In this document: positions 49,656 through 62,970 of the stretch, in pieces | Layout of the letters: each line of letters starts with the position of its first letter | How positions within the stretch are numbered: position 1 is the first letter of the stretch | NCBI GenBank assembly: GCA_030324005.1 | Contig: JARDVH010000025.1 | Span: 99,455,157 to 99,519,156 of the forward strand | DNA: 64,000 nt | Source: Negaprion brevirostris | Taxonomy: Eukaryota | Direction of reading: 5' to 3' | Notes under the pieces: model-generated | What the model saw: only the letters and a program-made list of their open reading frames with translations | What the model was told of the DNA's origin: nothing | Databases searched by the model: none | Position numbers and translations under genes: made by a program

Positions 49656-49800
49656 NCTCCAGGGAGAAGAGTCCCAGCTCCCTCAACCTATCTTCATAAG
49701 GCATGCCTCCCAGTCCAGGCAACATCCTTGTAAGTCTCCTCTGTACCCTCTCAATAGCTTCTACGTCTTTCCTATAGTGAGGCGACCAGAACTGCGCACA
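49656..49800 (-). mobile_element. CR1-type RT fragment
   Basis: CAQFWSPHYRKDVEAIERVQRRLTRMLPGLGGMPYEDRLRELGLFSLE is a canonical CR1 RT C-terminal motif. Confidence 0.92.
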
Positions 49801-51024
49801 GTTTCTTACAACAATTGTTGGAATAAGTCTCATCTTCTTTGGTGAGTGAATCCATGGGTCTTGGTATGGGAAGCTCACAAAGCTATCCTTAAAAGATAGT
49901 AAGTTGCCAAATCAGATGAGAATTTTTTTTTTGATTGAAACTGAGATGTTGTTTGAAATCAGGAAAAGCCAGTGACAGCGAATAACTGCTGAAAATTGTT
50001 TTTTGTCCTGCATGGTGGAGATTGGTAGTTGGCAGTAAAGCATACTGAAATTTCCTTTTCAAAAAACTCTGCTCCTCTCGTAACAGCATTGCAGTATGAA
50101 ACATATGTTTCATCAGCTCTTTCTGCACCCCTGAACTATTTTAATCCTATTTTCTTTTAATATTATGTTAATTGTGAAACCTTGATAATTACTGAGATAA
50201 TTGAGGGAAGAGTTAGACATGGTCAAGGTGTAATTTGGATTGGAAGAAGAATGATTTTGTCCCGTAAGTGTTTTTACCATTGGGAAGCTAATCTGCTTTC
50301 TGCTGTGTACATGGTTTCCATTGGCAAGGCCTCCCCCATTTCCAGTTGGATAGGGTAAGGATCTCTGGAACAAAGGGAAGCCTCAATCTTGATTTTGATC
50401 TTTGCTCTTCTACTTTTGACTTCAGCACCTAAACATGGCAAACTGTTCTATCTAATACTTAGAACTTCAGCAAAAAAGTGCGTTTTGGTAGTGTCAAACA
50501 CTGGTTTGTGAACCAGTAGAAGATGAGATTCAATCAAACTTGAATTTTGCTGAAGTCGATTTTTAAATTGGATTGAACTGTGTGTGATGTTGCTAGTTGC
50601 AGGCAATTTTCTTTAAGAGTCAGAGAGGAATGTTTTCAATGCATTGCTTTAGTTGTCGGTGCACATTCTCCCTTTCCCGTCAATTAATTTTTCTTTGTGT
50701 AAGAGAAATATCATTGTTGACTTTCTCAGTTCTCTAATTCAGGAAAAATTACCGTCACTCTCCTCTACCTCCACGTTTCTCAGTTACCAATCTGTCCGAT
50801 CTTCTATAAATATGAACAGTGCAAGTGATTGAAGTTCTTCCAGCTCATGTTTTCTCTTGCAGTTGACTGTCGTCCAGCTGACTGGCAACATATTCATGTT
50901 TTTATTTTCCATTACTTGTACATGGAATTGTATAGAAATTACATCAAATAAATTACTTCCGTTCAAGCGGTCATGTCTATGTGTTTGGACTGCTTCCATA
51001 TCTATCCATTTGTCTTATCTTCAA

Positions 51025-51485
51025 ATACATCACAGAATTGTTATTGTACAGAAGGAGGCCATTCAGCCCATCATGTCATAACCAGCTTTCCAAATGAGCA
51101 TCTTGACTTCGTGCCATTCTCCTGACTGTTCCCCATACCCTTGCACATTGTTTCCATTCAAATAATCATCGAGTATCCTCTTGATTGCCTCGATTGAACC
51201 TGCCACCACTGCTCTTCAAGGCAGTGCATTGCAAACCTGAACCATTCTTTGCATGAATAAGTTTTTTCCTCACAACACATTTGATTACTTTAAATCTGTG
51301 CCCTCACGTTATTAATCCTTTTACAAGTGGGAGCAGTTTCTCCCTGTCTATTCTGTCCAGCCCCCTCATGATATTCAACACATCTATCAAATCTCCCCTC
51401 AACCTTCACCTCTGCAAGAACAGACCCATTTCTCCAATCTATCCTTGTAACTGAAGATTTTCATTCCTGAAATGATTCTTGTAAA
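51025..51485 (-). mobile_element. CR1-type LINE 3' end
   Basis: GAAGGAGGCCATTCAGCCCATC tail and GGCAGTGCATTGCA..CTGTCCAGCCCCCTCATG, antisense to 36575-37020. Confidence 0.8.
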
Positions 51486-51584
51486 CAATATCAACTTTTC
51501 TTCATAAAACTCAAGACCTCATTCCTCTCTTTCAGTTAACTACTGATTTCTATGTAATGTTCTTCATAACCTTATTGTTTACCG

Positions 51585-51680
51585 ACTTTGAGAAAGGGTC
51601 ATCTGGACTCAAAACATAAATTCTTTCCTCTTTTTGCAGATGCTGCCAGACCTGCTGAGATTTTGCAGCATTTTCTTTTA
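51585..51680 (+). mobile_element. Penelope-type terminal fragment with decayed hammerhead-like motif
   Basis: TTGAGAAAGGGTCATCTGGACTCAAAAC (a degenerate CTGANGA-stem-GAAAC) is followed by CAGATGCTGCCAGACCTGCTGAG. Confidence 0.6.
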
Positions 51681-52126
51681 TTGTCACCTCCCTACTTTTT
51701 CACTCTTTTTCTGAAGACGTTCGTTTCCAAACATCCAAACATGTGGTTGCTAACTCACCACATGACTATCTTTAACATCTGAGTGCGGATCTGCAAACTG
51801 CTAGAAAGAGGAAGGCCATTAAAGACCCACTTTGTCGTAGCCAGTGTTAACTATTGCATGCACTTTGTAGCAATAATTCACTGGAGATCCAGGATTCAAT
51901 AATTCGAGATCCAGGAGAATTAAAATGACAATTGTTCTAATTTATGACTAACTCTGTTACATGATTAAACCAAGCCAATAATTGAACTGCATATGACCTT
52001 AAATCCATGCGTAATGGACTTAAGGCCAACAATGCCTTTGTTGACATTTGTTCCCAATTTTGCTGAGACATCACCTTTTAATCATTTGAAGTTTCCTTCA
52101 TGCTTCTTAAGTCTCAAGCCACATTG

Positions 52127-52402
52127 TTTATTTATCAGTATCACAAGTAGGCTTGCAATGAAGTTACTGTGAAAATCCCCAAGCCGCCACACTCCAGCAG
52201 TGTTCAGGTACGCTGAGGGAGAATTCAGCAGGGCCAAAGCACCTAACCAAGCACGTCTTTCAGACTGGGGAAAGAAATCAAAGCACAGTGAGGAAACCCA
52301 TGCAAACACTGGGGGAATATGCAAACTCGGCACAGATAGTGACCCAAGCCAGGAGTTGAAACCCCGGTCCCTGCTGCTGTGAGGCAGCAGTGCTGGCCAC
52401 CC
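52127..52402 (-). mobile_element. V-SINE (HE1 body) with tail B
   Basis: TCACAAGTAGGCTTGCAATGAAGTTACTGTGAAAATCCCC tail plus the antisense V domain and B box. Confidence 0.85.
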
Positions 52403-54744
52403 CATGTTGAGAACTACATCAAATGTTTAGTTTCCTGGCTTTCAAGCTTGTAACCAGTTCAAAGATCGAAACTAGCTTGTTGCAAACCACAGTTTGTAGC
52501 AAAGTATTAATAAATCACAGACCGCTTTATTTGTTTCCTAAGACACGGAATCCACACAAGTGCCAAAGATCCAATTGCGGAATCTCACATTATTTTAAAT
52601 AAGTGACAAAGTTTTGATGTTGTTGTCAGTGGAACATTTGGATTGATAGAAGAATGATTTTGTCTCAGCGATGCATTTAAAATCCCGTGGGAAGGAAAAA
52701 GTGTTTCTTTTGCAGGAAAAGCCCTTGATTAAAGTATTATGGGTTCACTTAAAGCAAGTATAATTTATTTCTATGAAGCTGTCAGTTTGCAACACATTGA
52801 AAATTGAATTGTATGTGGTGAGGTTGCATTAACATTTTATAAATGCAGGTGTCACTTGAGGAATTACGGAGGATTTTTGTTAGAAACAGGCACATTCTTC
52901 CTTTTGACATTTACCATTAGTGCTTGCTGTACAATGCAATTTTCTTCCTTAAACATTTTTGAGCACTTCTGAGTAATTTTCTGTCTTTTGAGGTTTATAA
53001 AATGGCATCAACCGCACCATTTTCCTTCAGCCAATGCACCACCCCCAACCCCATATCACATCTCATTTCCAGAATAAGTTTATCACCATTTCCCCATTGA
53101 CAGCTGAGAGGAGAGTACTGAAAATGCTATCTTTGCTTCACATTGAGCAGTTCTGTCAGGCAAGCAGCAATATTTTCGTCTCCTTACATGCAAAGCTAGA
53201 AACTCCTGAAGAAAAAAGGCACAGCACTATCATCAGTAGCTCCTGTTTTTTGAATGTTATGGGCACTGTTTGCAGTCCAGAACAGTGTCCACTGCACACT
53301 TCCACTGTGATCCAGATCTGGCTCCACCTTTGTAAAGGACAAGCAAAAAATGTTGTTGACTCATGCCTGAAGTTGACTTTGGTCCATGTGGGTATGCAAA
53401 TAAGGGACTAATGCCTGCTTCAGGTCTCTGCTGCAACTTTGGTTTGTCTTGAGGCAGTCAGCACTTATTGCCATGGCAAAAAACGATGCTAAACACCAGA
53501 CAAGCAAATAAAAAATGAATGATTGCCATAATCGCTCCTGTTCCAGGCCCCGAGAACTCTGGCATCACCCCAGCCCCTGACTTCCAGGCCACGCTTCATT
53601 GATCTGGAGCTATTTGAGGACCCTGACTTCCGAGCAGCCCCACCCCTTAATAGCACATCCCGCGCTGAGTATCGTCTTATCCATTGACCTAATCTACTCC
53701 AAAACCTTGTATGCAAATTGGAATGCTAATCTGTGAGGGCTCCTACTACAGTTTGATCGACATGATGAGTTGGAGGCCTGAACTCTGGGGCTGCTAACTC
53801 CCCCTTTCAACGCTTACTGTTAATTCCGTGTAAGTTATGTGTCCAATAGTAATTACATCACACTTTCACAATTCATTTAAGAGACGAGAGACAAGAGGAA
53901 CAAACAAATAATGTGTTTAAAGTTACTGTTTTTAAAAAAAATGAAGGCGAAGGTCAGGTTTTAAAAAAAAGTTAACACAAAAATATCTGGGCCAAGTGAA
54001 TAAGAGGCGAGAAAGGAAGGTTGGGCAAGGACATCTGAAATATTGACCAATTAGGATTTCACATTTAACCTTTCAGTTGTGCAACTGGTTTTACTGAACC
54101 TCAGAACTGAAAAAGGTTGGCAAGCCATCTGGACAACTGATAAATGTAGCCCTGAATGTCTTGTGATGAGACATGGTGATCTCGTTCGGCTCTGTTTTCA
54201 GGTTTCCTTGCACCTTTTATGCCAATTCATCATGACCACTAATTGGTCAAATTCCTTCCCACCTTTATTATGTCGCACTTGGATGAAAGCAGTTTTGTTG
54301 CCAGCTTCTGAAAGCCTGTAGCAGATGTGTTGAGTTTCAACGGACTTGCACCACAAACTGTAGGCAGCTGGCATTGAACAATTACCTCTAGTTATGCTGA
54401 AGACAAATTGCATAATATAGCCACTGAAAGCAATTGTCTGTGTAATTATCCTTACAGAATAGTTACTGTACAGCAAGAGTTGTGCAAAAATACAATTGTT
54501 TTGCAAACGCATATAATTACTAAACACAATGTTTGTATATGACTGAAATAGTATAACCATACAAAGGAAACTGCATTTAACACAAAGATCCAAGTGTTTA
54601 ATTGGGTTACTCCTGTGCCAATTTGTAAGGTTTCATTGGCATCTGATGCCAATAATTCCTGGTTTTTGTTTTCCATTGCAGCCCTGTGATCGGGACTGGA
54701 GTTCAGTTATTAATACTGCTTCTGATTGCCATCTAGTGACTTAC

Positions 54745-54886
54745 TTGGAACATGTTCTTGCAGAGGGCCGCTCCTATTGTTAAATAGCCTGTCGAGAAAC
54801 ATTATTGTTTCTCGACTGAAGAATGGTGATGCAGCCCCAGAAGACACCTGACCTGTGTCGATCCGTAAACGGTGCTATGTTTGTAT
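54745..54886 (-). other. Candidate exon (non-coding, 5' UTR or poison type)
   Basis: A minus-strand pyrimidine tract of about 50 nt (54891-54940), AG at 54888-54887 and donor CAA|GTAAGT (54744-54739). The 142-nt form has stops in all three frames. Confidence 0.35.
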
Positions 54887-55315
54887 CTTCCGAGGAAGAG
54901 GAAGAACGAGAAAAGAGAGCAAAACAAATGATGGAAAGATAACCTGAAAGCTGAAGTTATGTCTATTTAGAGATAACTGCCACTTCAATGAGCGGTGTCA
55001 GTTTTTCTGTATCAAATGGAACTCCAAGGTCCTTTTTCAGTGGGCCAATTTTGTGTTGGAGGCAGTGACATTCCATTTAAAATATGTATCATGGAGGCTG
55101 ACCAAGCGGTCACGTGGTGGCTGCCAATCATGGGGCCTTCTCACGGTGGGAAGAGAAGCAAAAGGAGAGGCATACCTGCTGAATCTCTTTCTGAAATAGT
55201 CAGACAATTTATTGGATTGAGAGAGGGGGAAAGAGACAGAAAGGGAGTGGAAGAAAAACTTAGGCATTTTCAGAATCTCCAAGAATAATTAAAATCTGGA
55301 GGAATGAGAGTCCAT

Positions 55316-55435
55316 CGACGGAATTCTACTGCTCCGCCCACCATGCAGTCGGAGCGAGCGAGGGGCGGACAGTGTCCGTTGAGCTCAAGCAGGATTTTTC
55401 CATCTCGCTTGAGCGAAGCCATAAAATCCCACCTC
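55316..55435. mobile_element. About 130-bp MITE (opposite orientation to 48337)
   Basis: GACGGAATTCTAC...ATAAAATCCCACC ends with an internal GTCCGTTGA. Confidence 0.65.
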
Positions 55436-56068
55436 GTGACGATTATTTTTCATTGTCAGTGAATGGGCAGTAATTAATGTTTATAGCATCATAAACTAAC
55501 TTCGGAATTAAGTGGCCAAGGCCTAACATTCGGTGGCAAGTCTCCCTTAAACATAGCATGCAAAGAAAGCAACTTCTGTTGTTCAATTCACCTCACTGAT
55601 GAAGTCGAGAGCATGATAATGCTTTTGTGAAGCAGCACTTCACAAGAAACACTCGACTGCAACTTTTGGATTTCTGTGTTTAACTATGATGCTCACCTCA
55701 GCATTTGCACATAAAATTAACCAGCACCTCATTGTTACTGGTAACCAGCTTGCCTCTAATGAACTGCCTGTTCAGCTCTTACAGGAGTTTGTATAAAGGC
55801 TGGGGGGGGACCGGAAGGTGATTTTCGTTTTGTGGTTCAGCAAAACCAATCTAGTTTCAGGTTAATGGGCGCAATGCAGGGAGCATTACTCTGAGTGGTT
55901 TGACCATCTTTTCGCTTTCAAAAAAAAAATGTGTCCGATGTTCAAATTAGACATTACCAAAAACACAATACAATTCAAACTCTTTTCATTCTTTCACAAA
56001 ATGAGTTGCATTTATATCATAATTTTCATGAGGTCTTAAATTCGCAAAGCACCTCACACCCGGTGTAC

Positions 56069-56405
56069 CATAGAATCCCTGCAGTGTCCAAAGAGGCTAT
56101 TCAGCTCTTCAAGTCTGCGCTGACTCTCCAAAAGCACATCCCATTCAGGCCCTCTACTTTTCCCTATGCCCGTAACTCCGCTCTTTACCATGGCTAGCCG
56201 ACACATCCTTGGGCACCAAGGGGCAATTTAGCATAGTCAATCCACCTAACTTGCAAATATTTGGACTGTGTGTGGGAGGAAACTGGAACATCTGGAGGAA
56301 ACCCACATGGATGTGGGGAGAATGCACAAATTCCATCCAAGGCTGAAATTGAACCCGTGTCCCTGTAAAATAGCAGTGCTAACCCCTGCGCTACCCTGCT
56401 GCCCC
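56069..56405 (-). mobile_element. HE1/V-SINE with CR1-type tail
   Basis: CATAGAATCCCTGCAGTG tail, GGGCAATTTAGCAT, GGAGGAAACCCAC and a TTGAACCC B box. Confidence 0.85.
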
Positions 56406-56432
56406 ATAAAGTACTTTGAAATGTATTTGCTA

Positions 56433-56533
56433 CACGGAAATCGGAGCAGGCGAGGAAAGGACAATGGTAAGGTCCATTGACCTCGGGTGGAATTCTCCAG
56501 TTTTGGGACAAGCGAGGCTGTAAAATCCCACCC
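56433..56533. mobile_element. Partial copy of the 130-bp MITE
   Basis: TCGGAGCAGGCGAGG..GTCCATTGACCTCGGGTGG..GTAAAATCCCACCC aligns with 55349-55433. Confidence 0.65.
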
Positions 56534-59500
56534 TTTGTATGTGGTCTCGCATTGTAAATTGAGAGTATTTTGTGTATCTGCCAAATTATAAACAAGTCCC
56601 CAGCAGTTGTAATCACGTAATAAATGGTGCAATGGAACTAAACTCAGGGCTTAATTAAAATGATTTTCTCCAATTTTGTTCAGAAACCATTCTCTAGATA
56701 TTCCTGAAGCTTAGTCTTTCGAACTGAAACAATTCCCTTCCATCTAATGATGAGAAATACTTATAACAGCTAAAGTATATACCACAGAAAATGTTGCAAA
56801 ATGAACCATATTACCAAGTTGAAAAGCTGGACCTGCCTTGAAGAATCTCTTGACTTTTGTGAATGGAAGCCGAAAACAATGAAACAGCTGAGTCTTTGGT
56901 TGGTTAATTTTCTTGAATCTTCAGCTACTGATTTAACTACAGTTGCAAGGTTCTTGTTGACTTGAACATTTCTTTGTAGACAGACTTAACCAAGTGCTGA
57001 ATAAGTATTAATGTGGTGGAATGGTACCATTTATACCATAAGAAATAGCACGTTAATCTAAATTGTAACGCTGCTTGACAGACACATTTCTCCAAGCCTG
57101 CAGAATTAATTTTGTCAGCCTTGGCTGAGTTCTGCAAAACACTTTTGGTTGCAGAATGCAAAGGTGACGGATTCAGTAATGCCAACCCTGAGAAGCTCAG
57201 GGTCACTGTGGGAACAATGGAAATGTCACTTTTAACTAGTGAGCTGTTGGAGAGGACCCTTCTGAGGCTGCAGCTTTTAGACATTGAATCATGAGAGCAT
57301 TTTCAGAATGCCAAGAACTACTGTGCACTCGCTAGTTGCTGACCTAGATACATCTACCGCAGTGCAACAGCAGACAAAATGGGCAAAAGGAAGCTGCTAA
57401 AATAAAGAAAAACTGAGTTTGTAAGTTAATCCTTCATTGATAAAAAGATATTTATCATGAGATTGTGTCTTTTTTTGCTTAAATCGATTTTTCTATGCCA
57501 TACATCGTTCCCAGTTAAATGGGCTAGCAAATAAACTGCTCCCATGACCTTGGCAATTCTGACGACTTGGCTGATCTTTCTATCTCATTCCAAATGGCTC
57601 AGCCCAGATGAGGTGAACCATGAGCACCCACTGTATCCAGTTGCATCAGCCCCCACCTCCAGCAGCTACAACTGATGCATGTTGCTTAGAAGAAGTGGAT
57701 TAATTCATCTAAAAGTGGGATTGTTTTCAGTAATTTTTTTTCAATTTCTCTCCATTCTTCAAAATCTCCCAACTGATTGGCTTCTGTTTCAGATCTGCAG
57801 AAGGTGCTTGGATGTTTGATAAACTAAAAGATCTTTAACAGTTGCAAGTTATTCCATTGGAAAACATGGGGAGAGACCATTAGGAAACATTTTTATCCAT
57901 GAGGAAGTGGCTTAAGGGGAGCAAAGCAAAAATGATCACTATTCTAACTGAACTTTGTTATTCAGTTATTTATTTACTCAAGACTGCCTGCACGTAACGG
58001 CTGACTCGGTGCGACATTCTATGTTAATCTACATGAATTAATACTATTTTTTTGGAAAGCTTGGTTAATCTCTCCAACTTCATGGTAACTGAGGTGGAGA
58101 TAGGGGCTGGGAAAGTAGGATGGGGTGGGGGGGAGAGTTGTGTCAGGCCAGTGTCCCAATGCATTTGTGCCGCTGGGTACTGCCTGAGAAGGAGATCACA
58201 CGGAGGTGGGCAGACAACTTTATAAGTTTAGGCTCCAAAATGGGCAATTTTGCACTAGTGTGGGCATCTTGCTGATGGTGGTTGAGCACCGGCTTGCCAT
58301 GAGGGGAGGCTGCCAGCGACATAGAAGTAGTCTCTCTGCAGCATTCCAAGAGATCGTTGGAGTCAGAGATTTTGACATCTAAAGGTGGGGTTATGGGTAC
58401 CATTGATCCAAGTGCTGGTGTTTCCTCTCTCAGCTGAGGGTCCTCCCACCTCAGCCCCTCTAAGTCNNNNNNNNNNNNNNNNNNNNNNNNNNNNNNNNNN
58501 NNNNNNNNNNNNNNNNNNNNNNNNNNNNNNNNNNNNNNNNNNNNNNNNNNNNNNNNNNNNNNNNNNCCCACCTCAGCCCCTCTAATTCATTGGGCAAGAC
58601 TTGCTGCCACCCCTAACGTCAGTGGAGTTGGCCTGCCCCGGCTGCTGGTTGGATCTTCCATCCTGCCACTCTTCATGGGATTTCACATTGTTTACTTATC
58701 CTCTGCTGCTGGGGTACGTGTGATGGGGTTGATGAGGTCACTGTCAGTGGGACTGGAAAATCTTGCTCATGAACGTTATACCTCAATGTTGAAGCTTCCT
58801 TAAAGTCTCAGATCTGCTTTATTTACACCCACTACTCCCTCGGGGGCTTACAGAGCCTAAAGGGCAGCCAGCATTCTGATTGGGCTAGTTTGAAGCCAAG
58901 AAATCAGCTCCTGCCTGACTTGCTGACTTGAGACTTTATTTGGTCCCAAAGTTGGTGTTCTGAGGCCCCTCCAAAAATCTTGCTTTGAATGATTTCTCCT
59001 CTGAATGACACAGAAGTGCAGCAATCTCTTCAAATTAAGACAGTTAAAATATAGGTTATTGTAGGGATCTGGAATTTGTTCATTCACTATGCTTGAGGAT
59101 TGAATGGGGCACAGTGGCGTCCACTCGCCTGCACCCCTCACCTGTGCCCCTCCCAAAAAACACCAGCTTACTTGTGGTTTGGGCTCCACCTTGATCCTGG
59201 AGCTCCAATGCCTGTCCTTCTGGTAGCAACCATAACCTGCCCAGTGGCGCTGCTGAGCACAAGAGCTACTGGCCTCAGTTATCTCGATTCCAGGGAAAGG
59301 CCCACTGCTGGCCTTGCCAACACTCGATTAGCGTGCTGTTTGATGGGCCTTCCCACAAAGAAGCAGCACGGGTTTCTAACTGGCCTTCCAGCCAGCAGGC
59401 GAGACTCTCATTACCTCAAGAGGGAATTTTGCCTGATCAGTATCTGAAACAAGAAAAGATTAACAATCAAGGCAAGTGGATTTTTTTTTGTGCGATGAAG

Positions 59501-61049
59501 TGAAATGTTAACCTGCATTCCCCTTGCAAACACTGAGTAAAACTACAACTGCTGCTCTTTGAACTTGCAATTTTTTTTTGTGCATCTTTGCTGTGGAATA
59601 GCAAATAGTTATTTATTTCAACAAGTATGAAGATTCAGTTAAACAGATATGTACTTGCACTGAGATCTACTTGTGTTCTTTGTACAATTTTCAATTACCT
59701 TGCCTCAAACAGTGAAGGAGATCCTGATTTCATTTATTGCTGAGTTGCTTCAGCCTGATGCCACTGACGTTTGCCTCTCCTGGAGCCCATGTAGGAACAT
59801 TGACCACCTGCTGTTGGCATGACGACCCCATCACTTAAGAACAAGAAGATTGAAAGATGGCAAAATGACAATGCAAAAGACTAGATTGATATTAAAAATT
59901 AATCAGATGGAATACTAACAAAAAACAGACCTCATTGTTGTGGGGAGCTAGATGAAATGCATAGCCTTTTCCTGGATCCATGCTCTGAGATTAAAAATTG
60001 CTGTGTGTTTTTATAGGGTACAGAGTGACTCCTTTTCTGATGAGACTGCAAATCATCTCAGCATGGAAATAATGCTGATAAATTGCTCCAGTTTCTTCTT
60101 GCTTTGATCTTCCATCCTTGGACATGCTTTAGGTTTTGAACATAATGCGCATACAGACATAAAAATATAAACTGTACATTCTATCGTCCCATGATGTGCA
60201 GCCGGCAAGGTTACCCGTAAACGTACTGATGCAAAAACACTCAAGCTCCTGAGGTTTGCCAGGGGATTACACTGACCGCCAAAGGCAACATCCCATCTCT
60301 TCCCTATTTGTCTGACGGAAGTCAAGGAGAAATACGTGAACCACAGTTTAAAAATGTGAGGAGTCCAGAGAATTGAACAACAAGAACTGAAATGTGAAGG
60401 ATCTGGGTGGTGGGGCCAGTGGACAGGGGGAGGAATGGATATATGAAAGGTAACAATAAAGACAAAATAAACGGGAAAAGCAGAGTGAGACAAGAAAAAA
60501 AAATTGAGTGGAAAATGGCTGCTTGGTAAATTAATTTGTCTTCATTGCCCACTCAAATTTATCTACCCATTTTTACATATTTGACTGCAGTTCAGCATAC
60601 ATTTAAGAATCCCATATTGGGCTTAAATAATGGACAACTATATAATTTTCATTCAGTGTAGCATATGCATGAAACTTGACTCTGCAATACCAGTAATTTT
60701 GGTGCCAGTACAGGAGGAAAAAGACATCACACTGATTTTTCCTTGTTGAAGGAATGAACATGTGGATTACTTGAGCGCCAGAACTATTCAGAGCAGGCAG
60801 ATTGCGACATGAAAGTCAGTGCCACAGACTGATTAGGTACCCAGCCTGCCACTTTCCAACTCACTGCTCTTGTTAACTTTAATATGCATTGCTGAACGTG
60901 CATCAGCAGTATGAGGGACCCCTGCTCGTGTTACTTGTAGGTTTGCATCTAACTTTAAGGTTAGTTTCTTATTAATGTCTACAGACTGTAGCTGAACTTG
61001 CAGTAGTGCTGGCTACGTGCACGAGTTGAGAACAGTGGAAAATAATGTC

Positions 61050-62970
61050 TCGTGGGCAAAAAGCAGGACAAATCCATCCTAAACAATTACCGCCCCATCA
61101 TTCTACCCTTGTTCATCAGTAAAGTAATGGAAAGGGTCATCAACAGTGCTATCAAGTGGCTTTCATTCAGCAATAACCTGCTTACTGATGCTCAGTTTGG
61201 GTTCTGCCAGGGTTACTCAGCTCCTGACCTCATTATAGACTTGGCTCAAACATGAACAGAAGAGCTGAACTCCAGAGGTGAGGTGAGTGACTGCACTTGA
61301 CACCAACTCAGCATTTGACCACTTGTGGTATCAACGAGTCCTAGATAAACTGAATTCAATGGGGGTCACAACTGGCCCAAAGGAATATGGTTGTGGGTTT
61401 TGGAGGTTCGTCATTTCAGCTCCAGGTCATCACCGCAGGAGTTCCTCAGGTAGTGTCCTAGGATCAACCATCTTCAGCTGCTTTACCAATGACCTCCTTT
61501 ACATCACAAGGTCAGAAGTGGAGATGTTCACTCATGACTGCATGATGTTTAACACCATTTGCGAGTCCTCAGATATTGAAGTAGTCCATGTCCAAATTCA
61601 GTAAGGCCTGGACAATATCCCAGCTTGGGCTGACGTGCCCAAGTTATTTCACACTGGGCCAGGCAATGGCCATCTCCAACAAGAGAGAATCAAACCATTG
61701 CCCCTTGACATTCAATGGCATTATCCTCATTGAATCCCCTGCTCTTAATATCCTGGGGTTCCCATTGAACAGAAACTGAATTGGACTAACCATCTAAATA
61801 CTGTGGCGACAAGGACAGGTAAGAGACTAGGCATTCTGCAATGAGTATTTCACCTCCTGACTCCCCAGAGCTTGTACACCATCTACAAAGCAGAAGTGAA
61901 GAGTGTAATGGAAAACTCTCCACCTGCGTGGTTGAATGCAGCACCAACAACTCTTTGAGGACAAAGCAGCTCAGTTGTTTGGCACTATACCCACAGACAT
62001 TAACTCTCTCCACTATTGATCTCTCTGTATAGTGTGCACGAAACAATACTTTTCACTGTACATGCGACAATAATAAATCAAATCAAGATGATGCACGGTG
62101 ACAGCAACGTGTACCATCCACAAGATCCACATTAGGAGCGTCTCGGCACCTTCCACACCCGTGACTGCTACCATCTTGAATCATAGAATGTCCACAGTGC
62201 AGAAGGAGGTCATTCGGTCCGTCGAGCCTGCACCGACGACAATCCTGTCCACGCCCTATACCTATCAGCCCACGTATTTACCCTGTTAGTTCCCCTGACA
62301 CTAAGGGAAATTTATGCCACGATGAAGGCACAAAGAAGAACAAAATCAGCCCGGGAAACAGGCCCAACGAGCCCGCGCCACCATCTCAACGCCACCAGTC
62401 CCCTTCTCCACCCACGACCCCTGTCTAATGTTTTATGGCCATCCAGATTGAGGGAAACTGATTTAGGGACAATTTATTCCTNNNNNNNNNNNNNNNNNNN
62501 NNNNNNNNNNNNNNNNNNNNNNNNNNNNNNNNNNNNNNNNNNNNNNNNNNNNNNNNNNNNNNNNNNNNNNNNNNNNNNNNNCTGAGCTGTCGTCTTGCCC
62601 AGTATCTTGTCCAGTTTAGGCACACACTAACGACATGAAGCACTAGGCCAATCCTGAACAACCAAGAGCAGCCCCAGTACGACCTATCACGTGTATGCCC
62701 CTCGTTGGACACGAGGTGGCACATGACAACCTCAATGTTCCCCTCCATGTCACTCACCATCTTGACTTGGAACGATTATCACTGTTCCTTCACTGCTGCT
62801 GGATCAAAATCCTGACATTCCCTCCTTGACAGCACCGTGGGTGTACCGACACCACATGGATTGAAGTGGTTCAAGAAGGCAATTTACTACCATCTTTTCA
62901 AGCGCAATTGGGAATGGGCAATAAATGTTGGCTTAGCCAATGGCATCCACATTTCAGGAATGATTTAAGC
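61050..62970 (+). mobile_element. CR1/L2-group LINE RT region and 3' end, interrupted by nested insertions
   Basis: NYRPIILPLFISKVMERVIN..QFGF, ALDTNSAFDHLW and GSVLGSTIFSCFTNDL..MFTHD (a decayed FADD), with stops and frameshifts. The 3' end lies at 62740-62970. Confidence 0.9.
62180..62315 (-). mobile_element. HE1 3' tail nested in the LINE
   Basis: ATCATAGAATGTCCACAGTGCAGAAGGAGGTCATTCGGTCCGTCGAG..CCCCTGACACTAAGGG. Confidence 0.75.

Noticed and set aside
56937-57294. Overlapping ORFs of 115 and 60 aa
   Set aside because: No homology that I recognise and no clear exon boundaries.
61052-61604. RT-like ORFs as a possible retron, DGR or domesticated RT
   Set aside because: They are fragmented by stops and frameshifts, with a mutated catalytic motif (FTHD). 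This is an ordinary dead LINE.
62582-62735. CpG-rich unclassified sequence next to a gap
   Set aside because: It lies within a nested LINE beside an N run and may be low-quality gap-edge sequence. No structure is supportable.
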